A stretch of 64,000 nt of DNA, from positions 2,808,046 through 2,872,045 of the forward strand of contig OZ253499.1 of assembly GCA_965262165.1 (NCBI GenBank), read 5' to 3'. The translations under genes were made by a program, and so were the position numbers. The notes under the pieces were generated by a model. It did not search any database, had not been told where the DNA came from, and saw only the letters and a list, made by a program, of their open reading frames with translations. The DNA comes from Phototrophicaceae bacterium. Lineage in GTDB: Bacteria; Chloroflexota; Anaerolineae; Aggregatilineales; Phototrophicaceae. Below are positions 39,771 through 48,369 of this stretch, in pieces (position 1 is the stretch's first letter; each line of letters begins with the position of its first letter).

Positions 39771-41003
39771 CTAGTTACACCCTCTGTTTTCACTCTTGAG
39801 CATACGCCAGAGATTCGCAAGTCCCCAGCGCGACAACCAGTCGCGTGCCAGATTGGATCGCGCGCCGAATCCGTAGGCGCGATACGCTGTTCCACTGGCG
39901 GTCGCGATGGCGACGGCGCTGCCCTGCTCTACATCGGAATTGTCGTCCAGATCGGGATAGCTCAACAGGACGATGCAGGCATCCGCCCTTTTCTCTTGTC
40001 GAAAACGCTGCACCGCATCCACGGCACACTCACTCAATGAGTTTTCTACCGGATCCCGTTCCAGTTTTACGAATACCTCGTCTGGATGAGCAAATGTCTC
40101 CGAACTCACGAGCGAAAGTCCCGAATCAAGTCGCTCGCTGATGACGCCCGGCAAGCCGGCTTCCACAATGTGAATCGAAACGTGACACTCCTGAATCATT
40201 TGCGAAACCACGTCTTCCAGTGTCACATCGTCGGTACCGAAGACATGCTCACCGACTCGGTCACAAAGCCGTCGCTGCATCGCGTCCAAGAGAGACTCTG
40301 CCTCGTCTCGGTTTTTTGCCTTGGCAGTCAGACGGATATCGACACAGCCATGGTGCGCTGCCAGACCGACACTTGGATTGCGCTCGTTCAGAATATCCGC
40401 GCCGATCATATCATCTAGCGAACTCTCGCCGATACCAGCGGTCCGCAAAGTCCTGGCCACGATAATGCCCAGGTCGAACTTTCGAAGCAAAAACGGTACA
40501 ACGGATTCGGTCAGCAAGTACTTCATTTCCCGCGGGACACCGGGCAGACTGATAATAATGCCTGCATCCGACTCGACAATGAAGGACGGCGCGGTGCCTA
40601 CGGGATTCTCTATTAATATAGCGTCTTGCGGCAAGTAGGCTTGTTGCCGGTTGTTATCGGTCATGCGAACGCCGAATCCACGAAATCGTTCGGCGATGGT
40701 GTCAAATAACGATTGATGAAACTCCAAGGGTCGATCTGTGGCGTCGGCAATGGCTTGACGGGTCACGTCGTCTACAGTAGGTCCCAGCCCGCCGCATGTA
40801 ATGACGATCCCCGCGCGGCTAAGGGCGGCCTCTATCGAATCTGCGATTCGTCCAAGGTTGTCGCCCACCGTTGTCATGACGTACACATTGACGCCGATGT
40901 TGCGCAACTGCCTCGCCATGAAGACCGAATTGGTATCAGTGATCTCCCCCAGAAGCAATTCCGTTCCGATTGCAATGATTTCTGCATTTGGGTTATCAGG
41001 CAT
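39771..41003 (-). CDS. cinA: CinA-family protein (MoCF-binding domain plus nicotinamide-nucleotide amidase domain)
   Basis: 410 aa. AEIIAIGTELLLGEITDTNSVFMARQL...ITCGGLGPTVDDVT, canonical CinA. Confidence 0.88.
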   Translation of the reverse strand: MPDNPNAEIIAIGTELLLGEITDTNSVFMARQLRNIGVNVYVMTTVGDNLGRIADSIEAALSRAGIVITCGGLGPTVDDVTRQAIADATDRPLEFHQSLFDTIAERFRGFGVRMTDNNRQQAYLPQDAILIENPVGTAPSFIVESDAGIIISLPGVPREMKYLLTESVVPFLLRKFDLGIIVARTLRTAGIGESSLDDMIGADILNERNPSVGLAAHHGCVDIRLTAKAKNRDEAESLLDAMQRRLCDRVGEHVFGTDDVTLEDVVSQMIQECHVSIHIVEAGLPGVISERLDSGLSLVSSETFAHPDEVFVKLERDPVENSLSECAVDAVQRFRQEKRADACIVLLSYPDLDDNSDVEQGSAVAIATASGTAYRAYGFGARSNLARDWLSRWGLANLWRMLKSENRGCN

Positions 41004-41061
41004 GGTTTATTCGTTCTCCAGTGCAAATTTATGGAAATTTTACATCAATTCGCCAAATTGT

Positions 41062-41089
41062 TTGCAAAATCGGAAAAAACAGCTATAAT
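41062..41089 (+). promoter_or_regulatory. Sigma-70-type promoter candidate for the ABC ATPase gene
   Basis: TTGCAA (41062..41067), a 16-nt spacer, then TATAAT (41084..41089), in an AT-rich divergent intergenic region. Confidence 0.35.
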
Positions 41090-41180
41090 TGCCACTACAA
41101 AAGTATTTTACTGTCAAGTAAGGTCTTTGTGCAGTTTTAACAGTATTTTCGTCTATCTTGCTATTCGATCGGAGGCTCTC

Positions 41181-42314
41181 GTGGCTGGTGTTACATTCAT
41201 TCATGTTTCAAAGGATTTTGGCGATCAACGTGTTGTATCGGACTTGAACATTGAGGTCGCTGACAAGGAATTCCTGGTTTTCGTCGGACCATCTGGATGC
41301 GGAAAGTCGACGAGCTTGCGTATGCTCGCAGGTTTGGAAGAGATCACCGAAGGCGAAATCTTGATTGGCGACCGCGTCGTCAACAATGTCGCGCCGAAAG
41401 ATCGCGATGTGGCTATGGTGTTCCAGAGTTACGCCTTGTATCCGCATATGACCGTATATGATAACATGGCTTTCGGTTTGAAGCTGCGTAAGACCCCCAA
41501 GAAGATCATCGACGAGCGAGTTCGCGAATCCGCAAACGAATTGGGTATCGGCCACTTGCTGGATCGTCGTCCTCGGCAACTGTCCGGTGGTCAGCGTCAA
41601 CGTGTGGCGGTCGGCCGGGCAATTGTACGTGAGCCTGCCGTCTTCTTGATGGACGAGCCTCTTTCCAATCTTGACGCCAAGTTGCGCGTTGAGGCAAGGT
41701 CGTTTATCAGCCGGCTGCACCAACGCCTGGAAACAACCTTCATCTACGTGACGCATGACCAGGTCGAGGCCATGACCATGGGAACACGTATTTGTGTACT
41801 CAATGAAGGCAAATTGCAGCAGATCGATTCACCCTACAATTTGTATCACAATCCACAAAATGTTTTCGTCGCCGGTTTCATTGGCAGCCCATCTATGAAC
41901 TTCTTTGATGCGACGCTCAGGCCAGATGGCGACAATATTGTTGTGGACTTGGGTGCTTTCAAGCTGCGCATGCCCGCTAGCAAGAATGCCACCTACAGCA
42001 GCCATGTTGGCTCAGAAGTTGTTTGCGGCATACGTCCGGAAGACGTTCATGACGCGAATTACTTGCCACAAGGCATAATCCCGGCCAGTCTCGCGTCCAC
42101 TGTCGAGGTTGTAGAGCAGATGGGTAATGAAGTGATTATCTACCTCGAAAGTGGCGGAAAGAATTTCATAGCCCGTACCGATCCGCGGACCGATGCATCT
42201 GTTGGCAATGAAATGAACGTTACCTTCAATCTGGATAACATCCACATCTTTGATGCCGATACAGAAGTTTCGCTGGCATACGACGAGAAGCGCAAGGTTG
42301 CGTCGAACGTTTAG
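41181..42314 (+). CDS. Carbohydrate-type ABC transporter ATP-binding protein (MalK/UgpC/MsmX-like), orphan
   Basis: GTG 41181 lies 6 nt after GGAGG. Walker A GPSGCGKST, signature LSGGQRQR, Walker B FLMDEPLSNLD and a C-terminal MalK-like regulatory/TOBE domain. The track ORF start (40713) is an antisense read-through of cinA. Confidence 0.88.
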   Translation: MAGVTFIHVSKDFGDQRVVSDLNIEVADKEFLVFVGPSGCGKSTSLRMLAGLEEITEGEILIGDRVVNNVAPKDRDVAMVFQSYALYPHMTVYDNMAFGLKLRKTPKKIIDERVRESANELGIGHLLDRRPRQLSGGQRQRVAVGRAIVREPAVFLMDEPLSNLDAKLRVEARSFISRLHQRLETTFIYVTHDQVEAMTMGTRICVLNEGKLQQIDSPYNLYHNPQNVFVAGFIGSPSMNFFDATLRPDGDNIVVDLGAFKLRMPASKNATYSSHVGSEVVCGIRPEDVHDANYLPQGIIPASLASTVEVVEQMGNEVIIYLESGGKNFIARTDPRTDASVGNEMNVTFNLDNIHIFDADTEVSLAYDEKRKVASNV

Positions 42315-42334
42315 CAGTGTTCTTCAACAGCAAT

Positions 42335-42372
42335 CAAAACAAAAGCCGCTTACACGAGCGGCTTTTGTTTTG
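42335..42372. terminator. Bidirectional rho-independent terminator between convergent genes
   Basis: A 16-bp perfect inverted repeat CAAAACAAAAGCCGCT-tacacg-AGCGGCTTTTGTTTTG. The GC core is flanked by an A-tract and a T-tract, so it gives a U-tail on both strands. Confidence 0.8.
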
Positions 42373-42396
42373 CTTTGCGATGGCCTGGCCGACCCG

Positions 42397-42708
42397 CTAG
42401 AATACCGGGCGAAACTTGTATCCGTAGACGATCATACCTTGTGATCCGTCAGTCGTAAGCTTTCGGGTCACCATCTCTACGCGATCGCCAATCTGTACGG
42501 ACCCATCGATATCGGTCAATTGCGCGGTCACCAGTTGTCCGTCATCAAGCTCCACCAATGCCAAGTAGAATGGCGCTTGCGATTCGAAATCCGCTGGTGG
42601 CTCCTGCAACAGGGTATAACTGTATATCCTGCCGCTAGTGACTAGTTGATCGCCCCTAACACGCGAATACTTCGTTTCCGGATCTTGCGATTCTTTGTCA
42701 AGCATCAA
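42397..42708 (-). CDS. DUF35-type OB-fold protein (thiolase/HMG-CoA-synthase partner), lacking the usual N-terminal Zn-ribbon cysteines
   Basis: 103 aa. OB-fold core PFYLALVELDDGQLVTAQLTDIDGSVQIGDRVEMV and the C-terminal YGYKFRPV typical of DUF35. The protein has no Cys at all. Confidence 0.7.
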   Translation of the reverse strand: MMLDKESQDPETKYSRVRGDQLVTSGRIYSYTLLQEPPADFESQAPFYLALVELDDGQLVTAQLTDIDGSVQIGDRVEMVTRKLTTDGSQGMIVYGYKFRPVF

Positions 42709-42887
42709 GCCGTTTCTGCTTTCAGCAAGGCGGCGCGACGCAGCGACAACTTCGGCGCCTCTTCAGTTCTGTGCCGGATAATACGCTTACGGCCTTCAGC
42801 CTCAGCACTTCTCATCAGGCGGTAGCGCAACTTGTTGTTGCGCCAATATTTAGCAACCCGCATCTCGATTCTCCTTATGCCCCCCAA
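42705..42887 (-). CDS. Small, highly basic hypothetical protein (52-60 aa)
   Basis: The ORF fills most of the thiolase-DUF35 gap and overlaps the DUF35 start as ATGA. Rich in Arg/Lys (KYWRNNKLRYRLMRSAEAEGRKRIIRHR). No family recognised, and coding status is uncertain. Confidence 0.3.
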   Translation of the reverse strand: MGGIRRIEMRVAKYWRNNKLRYRLMRSAEAEGRKRIIRHRTEEAPKLSLRRAALLKAETA

Positions 42888-42965
42888 ACCAAGTACCCGC
42901 CATCACTGTACGTTCCACCGCCTATCAAAAGCTATCGTAATAGCAAATGACACTGTCAGAGCCTA

Positions 42966-44135
42966 TCAGGCTACGTCCGGTTTTGTCTGCAGGATATGGG
43001 TGACCACCGTGCTTGCTAACCCACCGATGTTTTGGATGAGTGCCCGTCGGGCGTTCGGAACCTGGTTCGAGCCTGCAGCCTGGCGCAATTGCAGCACCGC
43101 TTCCACGGCTTGATAGATGCCAGTAGCTCCACTTGGATTTCCACGGCTCTTTAGGCCTCCGAAGGTGCTAAGCGGAAGATCGCCATCCAGTGATATGCTC
43201 GCTCCAGAGTCTGAAGCGAGAGCCCAAGCTTCGCCCCGACTGCTGTATCCCATGGCTTCCAGCGCAAGAGTTGTCATTATGGTATAGGCGTCATGCAGTT
43301 CCAGCAGGTCAATTTGCTCCCGCTCAATCTTGGCCTGTTCTAGCGCATGTGAAAACGACTTGGCGATGGCGGTCAAGTGCAAAGGGTCATCGCGATCCTG
43401 TAACATGAATCGGTCCGTAGCAACTGCGCCTGCACAGATATCTACCGGCCGAGGCACCATATCAGCGGCAAGGTCTGACCCAACCAATATGACGGCGGCC
43501 GCCCCGTCGCCATCTGGCGCACAATCGAACAAGCTTACCGGATCGGCTAGCATCGGGGCTTTAGCAAATGCCCCTTCACGCAATCTATTGCGATACATCG
43601 CCAAGGGATTGACGGCGCCGTTTTGATGTGCGTTGAAACTAAAGCCTTCAAAGTGTGACAGAGGCACGCCGTACTGGACCATGTACCGCCGCATCAACAG
43701 CGCGGCCAAGGCAGTTATTGTTACGCCGTTAACCGATTCCAGGTCGGCATCGAGACTGACGCTGCGCGCGCTGACACGAGCAGAACCAACGATGTCCGTC
43801 GCCTTTTCGACCCCGATGACCAAGGCGGACCTGACCAATCCTGATTCCAAAGCGAGACAAGCCGTCCGCAGCGCGACACCACCTGACGCATCGCCGGCCT
43901 CACATGTGAACGCCTCAATGCCGTGCAATCCCACTTCGTCGGCGATCAAGCTACCCAACTGTGTCTGCTGATTGTAAGTCGCTCCAAAGGCATTGCCGAC
44001 GTACAAGGCGTCGACATTAGCGATTCCCGCATCTTCAAGCGCGTATCCGGCTGCTTCCGCGGCTAACTCCCGTATGCCCTTTGACCAGTGTTCGCGTACC
44101 GGGATCATGCCTACGCCGATGATCGATACATTCAT
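42966..44135 (-). CDS. Archaeal-type (SCP-x-like) acetyl-CoA acetyltransferase / thiolase
   Basis: 389 aa. Active-site Cys context EAFTCEAGDASG; C-terminal GGLKSRGNPSGATG and NIGGLAST motifs. Confidence 0.85.
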   Translation of the reverse strand: MNVSIIGVGMIPVREHWSKGIRELAAEAAGYALEDAGIANVDALYVGNAFGATYNQQTQLGSLIADEVGLHGIEAFTCEAGDASGGVALRTACLALESGLVRSALVIGVEKATDIVGSARVSARSVSLDADLESVNGVTITALAALLMRRYMVQYGVPLSHFEGFSFNAHQNGAVNPLAMYRNRLREGAFAKAPMLADPVSLFDCAPDGDGAAAVILVGSDLAADMVPRPVDICAGAVATDRFMLQDRDDPLHLTAIAKSFSHALEQAKIEREQIDLLELHDAYTIMTTLALEAMGYSSRGEAWALASDSGASISLDGDLPLSTFGGLKSRGNPSGATGIYQAVEAVLQLRQAAGSNQVPNARRALIQNIGGLASTVVTHILQTKPDVA

Positions 44136-44141
44136 ATCTCT

Positions 44142-45209
44142 CTATTCCTTCAGCTTGTCGCGATATCGAACATAAGTGGCATAGTCAATTTGGGTACGGC
44201 GATCGATGTAATGGCGGACGGACGCCAAACCTTTCGGTTTCTTGTCAATCCTGTCTGTAACGAGCAAGTCAAATGCGTCCGAACCGGCGCCACTGCCATA
44301 ACTCACCATGAGAATCCGGTCTCCCGGACGCGCTCGCTCGAGGATGGCGGTCAAACCGATCATGCACGAGCCTGAATAGACATTGCCAATTTCATTTGCG
44401 AGCAAGCCATCTGAAATCTGCTCCGTCGTAAAGCCAAGTGATTTTGCAGCGCGGACAGGAAACTTGACGTTGGGCTGATGAAAAACGGCATGTCTATAGT
44501 CATTTGCGCTACTTCCCATCATTTCCATTAGCGCGGAAGCGGCTGCCATCGTATGGGCGAAGTAGGCTGGTTCACCTGTAAAGCGATCTCCATGGCTGGG
44601 ATACGTTTCACCGGACCTGCGCCAGAAATCGGGCGTATCGGTTACGTAACTATAGCTGGCTTGATACACGGCATAGCTTTCGTCCGCCGGTCCCAGTATG
44701 AACGCAGCGCCACCAGAGCCAGCTGTAAACTCCAGCGCATCGCCAGGTCTGCCTTGGGCAGTGTCCATGCCGATACTTAAGGTATAGCGCGCCATGCCGC
44801 TGCCGACGATCCCAATCGACGCTTGCACGGCTTCGGTACCCGCTTTGCAAGCGAACTCCCAATCTGCAGCCAGAATATTTGGTGACGCCCCAATACTTTC
44901 AGCGACGATCGTGCTTGAAGGCTTAACCGCGTAAGGGTGGCTCTCGCTGCCAACCCAAACCGCGCGAATATCTTCTGCGTCAATTTCGGCGCAGGCAATA
45001 GCGTTACGAGCCGCCTCGATGGACATAGTTATGACGTCTTCGTCTATGCCTGCCACTGCCTTTTCCTGTACCGGCGCAGCAGCGCGCCCGTTTGTCCATA
45101 TTCGTGATATTTCGCGGCCGGGCAATCGATAGCGCGGTACGTATGAGCCATATCCGACGATGCCCACGCCTCGGTCCGGCTCCATTAGCCAATGTGAATC
45201 CTTGCTCAT
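44142..45209 (-). CDS. Hydroxymethylglutaryl-CoA synthase (archaeal-type, ~350 aa)
   Basis: 355 aa. [15 protein letters not shown]-terminus, catalytic Cys context [16 protein letters not shown] and GNVYSGS motifs. There is a 6-nt gap to the thiolase gene. Confidence 0.85.
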   Translation of the reverse strand: MSKDSHWLMEPDRGVGIVGYGSYVPRYRLPGREISRIWTNGRAAAPVQEKAVAGIDEDVITMSIEAARNAIACAEIDAEDIRAVWVGSESHPYAVKPSSTIVAESIGASPNILAADWEFACKAGTEAVQASIGIVGSGMARYTLSIGMDTAQGRPGDALEFTAGSGGAAFILGPADESYAVYQASYSYVTDTPDFWRRSGETYPSHGDRFTGEPAYFAHTMAAASALMEMMGSSANDYRHAVFHQPNVKFPVRAAKSLGFTTEQISDGLLANEIGNVYSGSCMIGLTAILERARPGDRILMVSYGSGAGSDAFDLLVTDRIDKKPKGLASVRHYIDRRTQIDYATYVRYRDKLKE

Positions 45210-46498
45210 GTTCGTGACTTTCGTTGATTGACCAATTCTTTTGCACGCTGCAACCGAATCTTGCCTTCCGCTTCCATCTGTTGCGCAATCGCCGCTACGT
45301 CATTTGCATCCGCCCCGGCAGCACTTGCCAGCTGGCGGGCGTGCATGCGCATGTGCCCGCTTTGGATGCCATCGGTAGCCAACGCCCTCATTGCCGCCAG
45401 GTTTTGCGCAAGGCCCACGGCCGCCGCCACTTGCGCCAGTTGCCGCGCCGACTCAACCCCAAGAATCTTAAGCGCGGTTTGCGCCAGGCGATGGACACGT
45501 GTCGCTCCACCGACGATGCCGACCGCTAAAGGCATTTCAATTCGTCCTAGCAAGTCGCCTCGCTCGTTCTTCCACCAGCGAGAAAGGCTTGTATAGCGGC
45601 CGTCTCGCGCAGCGTAGGCATGGGCGCCTGCTTCGACTGCTCGCCAGTCGTTTCCTGTTGCGATCAGCAGCGCATCGACGCCGTTCATAATGCCTTTGTT
45701 GTGTGTGGCCGCGCGGTAGGGATCCAGTTCGGCGAACAATGCGGCCTCCAGAATCGCATCAACGACTTCAGGCCCGCTCGCATATTCGGTAATCAGGGCA
45801 GAGGCCGGAATGCAACCTTCGGCCCACGCTTTCCTGGTATCGGATAGGTTGCTGAGAATCCGAAGATTGACACGACCGCCGGTGATCCTTTCAATGAGTG
45901 GCGAGACATGTTCCAGCGCCGTATTGATGGCGTTCGCGCCCATTGCATCGCGCGTATCGTACGCGAGATGTACGACAATCATGTCTCCGACAGACGTATC
46001 AGTAAACGCGCGAGTCTGCACATCGACGGCTCCGCCTCCGCGCTGCTTGATGCTGCCTGCCCTTTCATTCGCTCTGTCGATGATCTCCGCCCTATGCTGC
46101 TCAATAGTCTCGACGGCGCGCGCCCTGTCCTGAACGTCGAGAAGTTGCATCTGGCCCGTCATTATTGACTCGTCGCTCGATGCCCGGAAGCCGCCACCCG
46201 CGCGGAATAGCTTTGCCGCAAAGCTGCAGGCGGCAACTACTGATGGTTCTTCGATGACCATGGGAATCAAATAGTTGATGTCATTGATCAAGAAGTTAGT
46301 GGCAACGCCAAAAGGCAAAGCATATCGTCCGATGACGTTTTCAATCATCAGATCCGCCTCTTGCAGAGACAGGCCGCCTTTTTCCAAGGCTTGCAGATCC
46401 TCGTCAGACAGCTCGCCCCAATCACGGACTATTGTCTGCCTCTCGGCTAGAGGCTGATTGTACAAGCCTGATAATGTTGATTGGCGTTTTCGCTGCAT
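45206..46498 (-). CDS. mvaA: HMG-CoA reductase, class II (NAD(P)H-dependent, MvaA-like)
   Basis: 430 aa. ENVIG...EEPSVVAA...DAMGAN...[15 protein letters not shown]...[16 protein letters not shown]...[12 protein letters not shown] closely follows the Pseudomonas mevalonii-type class II sequence. It overlaps the HMGS start by 4 nt. Confidence 0.9.
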   Translation of the reverse strand: MQRKRQSTLSGLYNQPLAERQTIVRDWGELSDEDLQALEKGGLSLQEADLMIENVIGRYALPFGVATNFLINDINYLIPMVIEEPSVVAACSFAAKLFRAGGGFRASSDESIMTGQMQLLDVQDRARAVETIEQHRAEIIDRANERAGSIKQRGGGAVDVQTRAFTDTSVGDMIVVHLAYDTRDAMGANAINTALEHVSPLIERITGGRVNLRILSNLSDTRKAWAEGCIPASALITEYASGPEVVDAILEAALFAELDPYRAATHNKGIMNGVDALLIATGNDWRAVEAGAHAYAARDGRYTSLSRWWKNERGDLLGRIEMPLAVGIVGGATRVHRLAQTALKILGVESARQLAQVAAAVGLAQNLAAMRALATDGIQSGHMRMHARQLASAAGADANDVAAIAQQMEAEGKIRLQRAKELVNQRKSRT

Positions 46499-46612
46499 AG
46501 GGATCAGGTTACCCTTGGTCTGCTCGCAAAATCTATCACCGCTGTCGCGATAGCTATCAACTTTCGCGATGACAGAACCTGGCCCTGGACGTTGGAGGAA
46601 GTCTTTTTAGCA

Positions 46613-46641
46613 CAAAGAAAAAAGCCCACGCTCGGGTGGAC
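46613..46641 (-). terminator. Rho-independent terminator after the small membrane-protein gene
   Basis: The minus strand reads GTCCAC-CCGAGC-GTGGGC (6-bp stem including one G-U), followed by TTTTTTCTTT. Confidence 0.55.
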
Positions 46642-46665
46642 TTTGTCGCTGTAAAACCAGAACAT

Positions 46666-46914
46666 CTAGTCTGGCAAAATGCGAGTGCCCATAAACGCAT
46701 CCAACCAGATCACAAAAACAAGACCAATCGGGATTGAGGTAAAGAGGTAGTAGATAGTCCCATATTCTTCAATGGAGACGCCCTGTGGCGTCTGCACTGC
46801 GCTAAAGAGAGGCAGCATATCGAAGCCGACCGTAATGATCCCATAGCCAACGAGTAAACCAAGCACCATCGAGATCACCCAAACAACCAGGCGGCGAATC
46901 GTAAGACTTGACAT
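46666..46914 (-). CDS. Small membrane protein (2-3 TM), unknown function
   Basis: 82 aa. Hydrophobic segments LVVWVISMVLGLLVGYGIITVGF and IYYLFTSIPIGLVFVIWL. A terminator follows. Confidence 0.5.
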   Translation of the reverse strand: MSSLTIRRLVVWVISMVLGLLVGYGIITVGFDMLPLFSAVQTPQGVSIEEYGTIYYLFTSIPIGLVFVIWLDAFMGTRILPD

Positions 46915-47127
46915 ATCTCGCTCCGTATAAGGGCTAGCTTAATGCCTGCTATTGTACGACGATTTGGCGGCAGTGCGCAAGTGAACGATTGCACAAGTAC
47001 GGCCTTCGTGTGTCGATTATATGTTGTTAATCGTTGGCCAGCCTGTTACACTCTTGGAGATTCGATCACGCTCCAAAACGTTTGTTTCTTCGTTTCCACG
47101 CTACTGTCACAAGACCGGGAGAATAAT

Positions 47128-48327
47128 GTGGCTGATTTATTTGACAAGCTAGCGGGATTCACGGTTGCCAGAGAAGCCATGGAGATGGGCATATACCCTT
47201 TCTTCCGCGCACTGAGCGATTCCGAAGGAACGACAGCGACCTTTGAAGACAAAGAAGTGGTTATGTTGGGATCCAACAATTATTTGGGCCTGACAACTGA
47301 CAGCCGTGTTCAGGCTGCGGCTATCGAGGCGACGCAGCGTTATGGCACTAGTGTAACCGGATCGCGTTTCCTCAATGGCACTCTCGAATTGCACCTCGAG
47401 GCGGATCGGCGCTTGGCCGAGTTTGTCGGCAAAGAAGCTGCGCTGGTTTTTTCCACCGGATACCAGACGAATCTTGGGACTGTCTCTGCCCTACTCGGCA
47501 AGAACGACGTAGCGATATTAGACAAAGACGTACACGCGTCAGTGGTTGATGGCGTGTCTATGTCGCGCGGAATGATGAAACGCTTCAAACACAATGACGT
47601 CGATGACCTTGAGCGTGTATTGAGCCTGATACCGGATGAGCATGGCAAACTTGTCTTGGTCGACGGTGTCTATAGCATGGGCGGTGACTTCGCCCTGTTG
47701 CCACAGATCGTGGAAGTTTGCAAAAAATATGAGGCGCGTATTCTCGTTGATGACGCGCATGGTATCGGGGTGGCCGGTGGCGGCCGTGGAACAGCGGCGC
47801 ATTTTGGCTTAACCGATCAAGTCGACCTAATAATGGGCACCTTTAGCAAAAGCTTCGCCTCGATTGGGGGATTCATCGCTGGGTCGGCGGATGTCATCCA
47901 CTATATCCAGCATCACGCCCGTTCATTGATATTTTCCGCTGCATTGCCTGCCCCGAATCTGGCGGCGGTCCTGGTGGCGCTGGAAATCATCGAAAACGAA
48001 CCTGAGCATGTACAGCAGGTTTGGAAAAACGCGGAATACATGCGCAAGGGTTTGAAAGAGCTCGGCTATGACACCTTCAATAGCCAGACGCCGATCATTC
48101 CCGTCAAGATTGGAGAGCAGTTTCGCACTGGCTTGACCTGGATGGCATTGATCGAAGAAGGCGTATACACCAACCCGGTCGTGCCGCCGGCAACGCCGCC
48201 AAATCAAGCCCTCTTGCGCACGAGCTATATCGCGACTCACCGCCAGAAGCACCTTGATCGCGCTTTAGTTGCCTTTGAAAGAGTAGGCAAAAACCTCGAT
48301 TTGATCCCGGCTCGCGAGACCGTTTGA
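47128..48327 (+). CDS. PLP-dependent alpha-oxoamine synthase (serine palmitoyltransferase / KBL / BioF family)
   Basis: GTG 47128 is preceded by GGGAG. SNNYLGL, the DDAHG motif and the PLP-lysine motif GTFSKSFASIGGF are present. The upstream part of the track ORF (46942..47127) has no family resemblance. Confidence 0.8.
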   Translation: MADLFDKLAGFTVAREAMEMGIYPFFRALSDSEGTTATFEDKEVVMLGSNNYLGLTTDSRVQAAAIEATQRYGTSVTGSRFLNGTLELHLEADRRLAEFVGKEAALVFSTGYQTNLGTVSALLGKNDVAILDKDVHASVVDGVSMSRGMMKRFKHNDVDDLERVLSLIPDEHGKLVLVDGVYSMGGDFALLPQIVEVCKKYEARILVDDAHGIGVAGGGRGTAAHFGLTDQVDLIMGTFSKSFASIGGFIAGSADVIHYIQHHARSLIFSAALPAPNLAAVLVALEIIENEPEHVQQVWKNAEYMRKGLKELGYDTFNSQTPIIPVKIGEQFRTGLTWMALIEEGVYTNPVVPPATPPNQALLRTSYIATHRQKHLDRALVAFERVGKNLDLIPARETV

Positions 48328-48369
48328 ATTGAGTCGCTAGCAAGTCTCCCGGACTTGGCTAACGCCGGT

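Noticed and set aside
40713-41180. A 156-codon N-terminal extension of the ABC ATPase ORF.
   Set aside because: It is antisense to the well-supported cinA gene and has no family resemblance. A GGAGG-GTG start at 41181 gives a canonical MalK/UgpC-like N-terminus.
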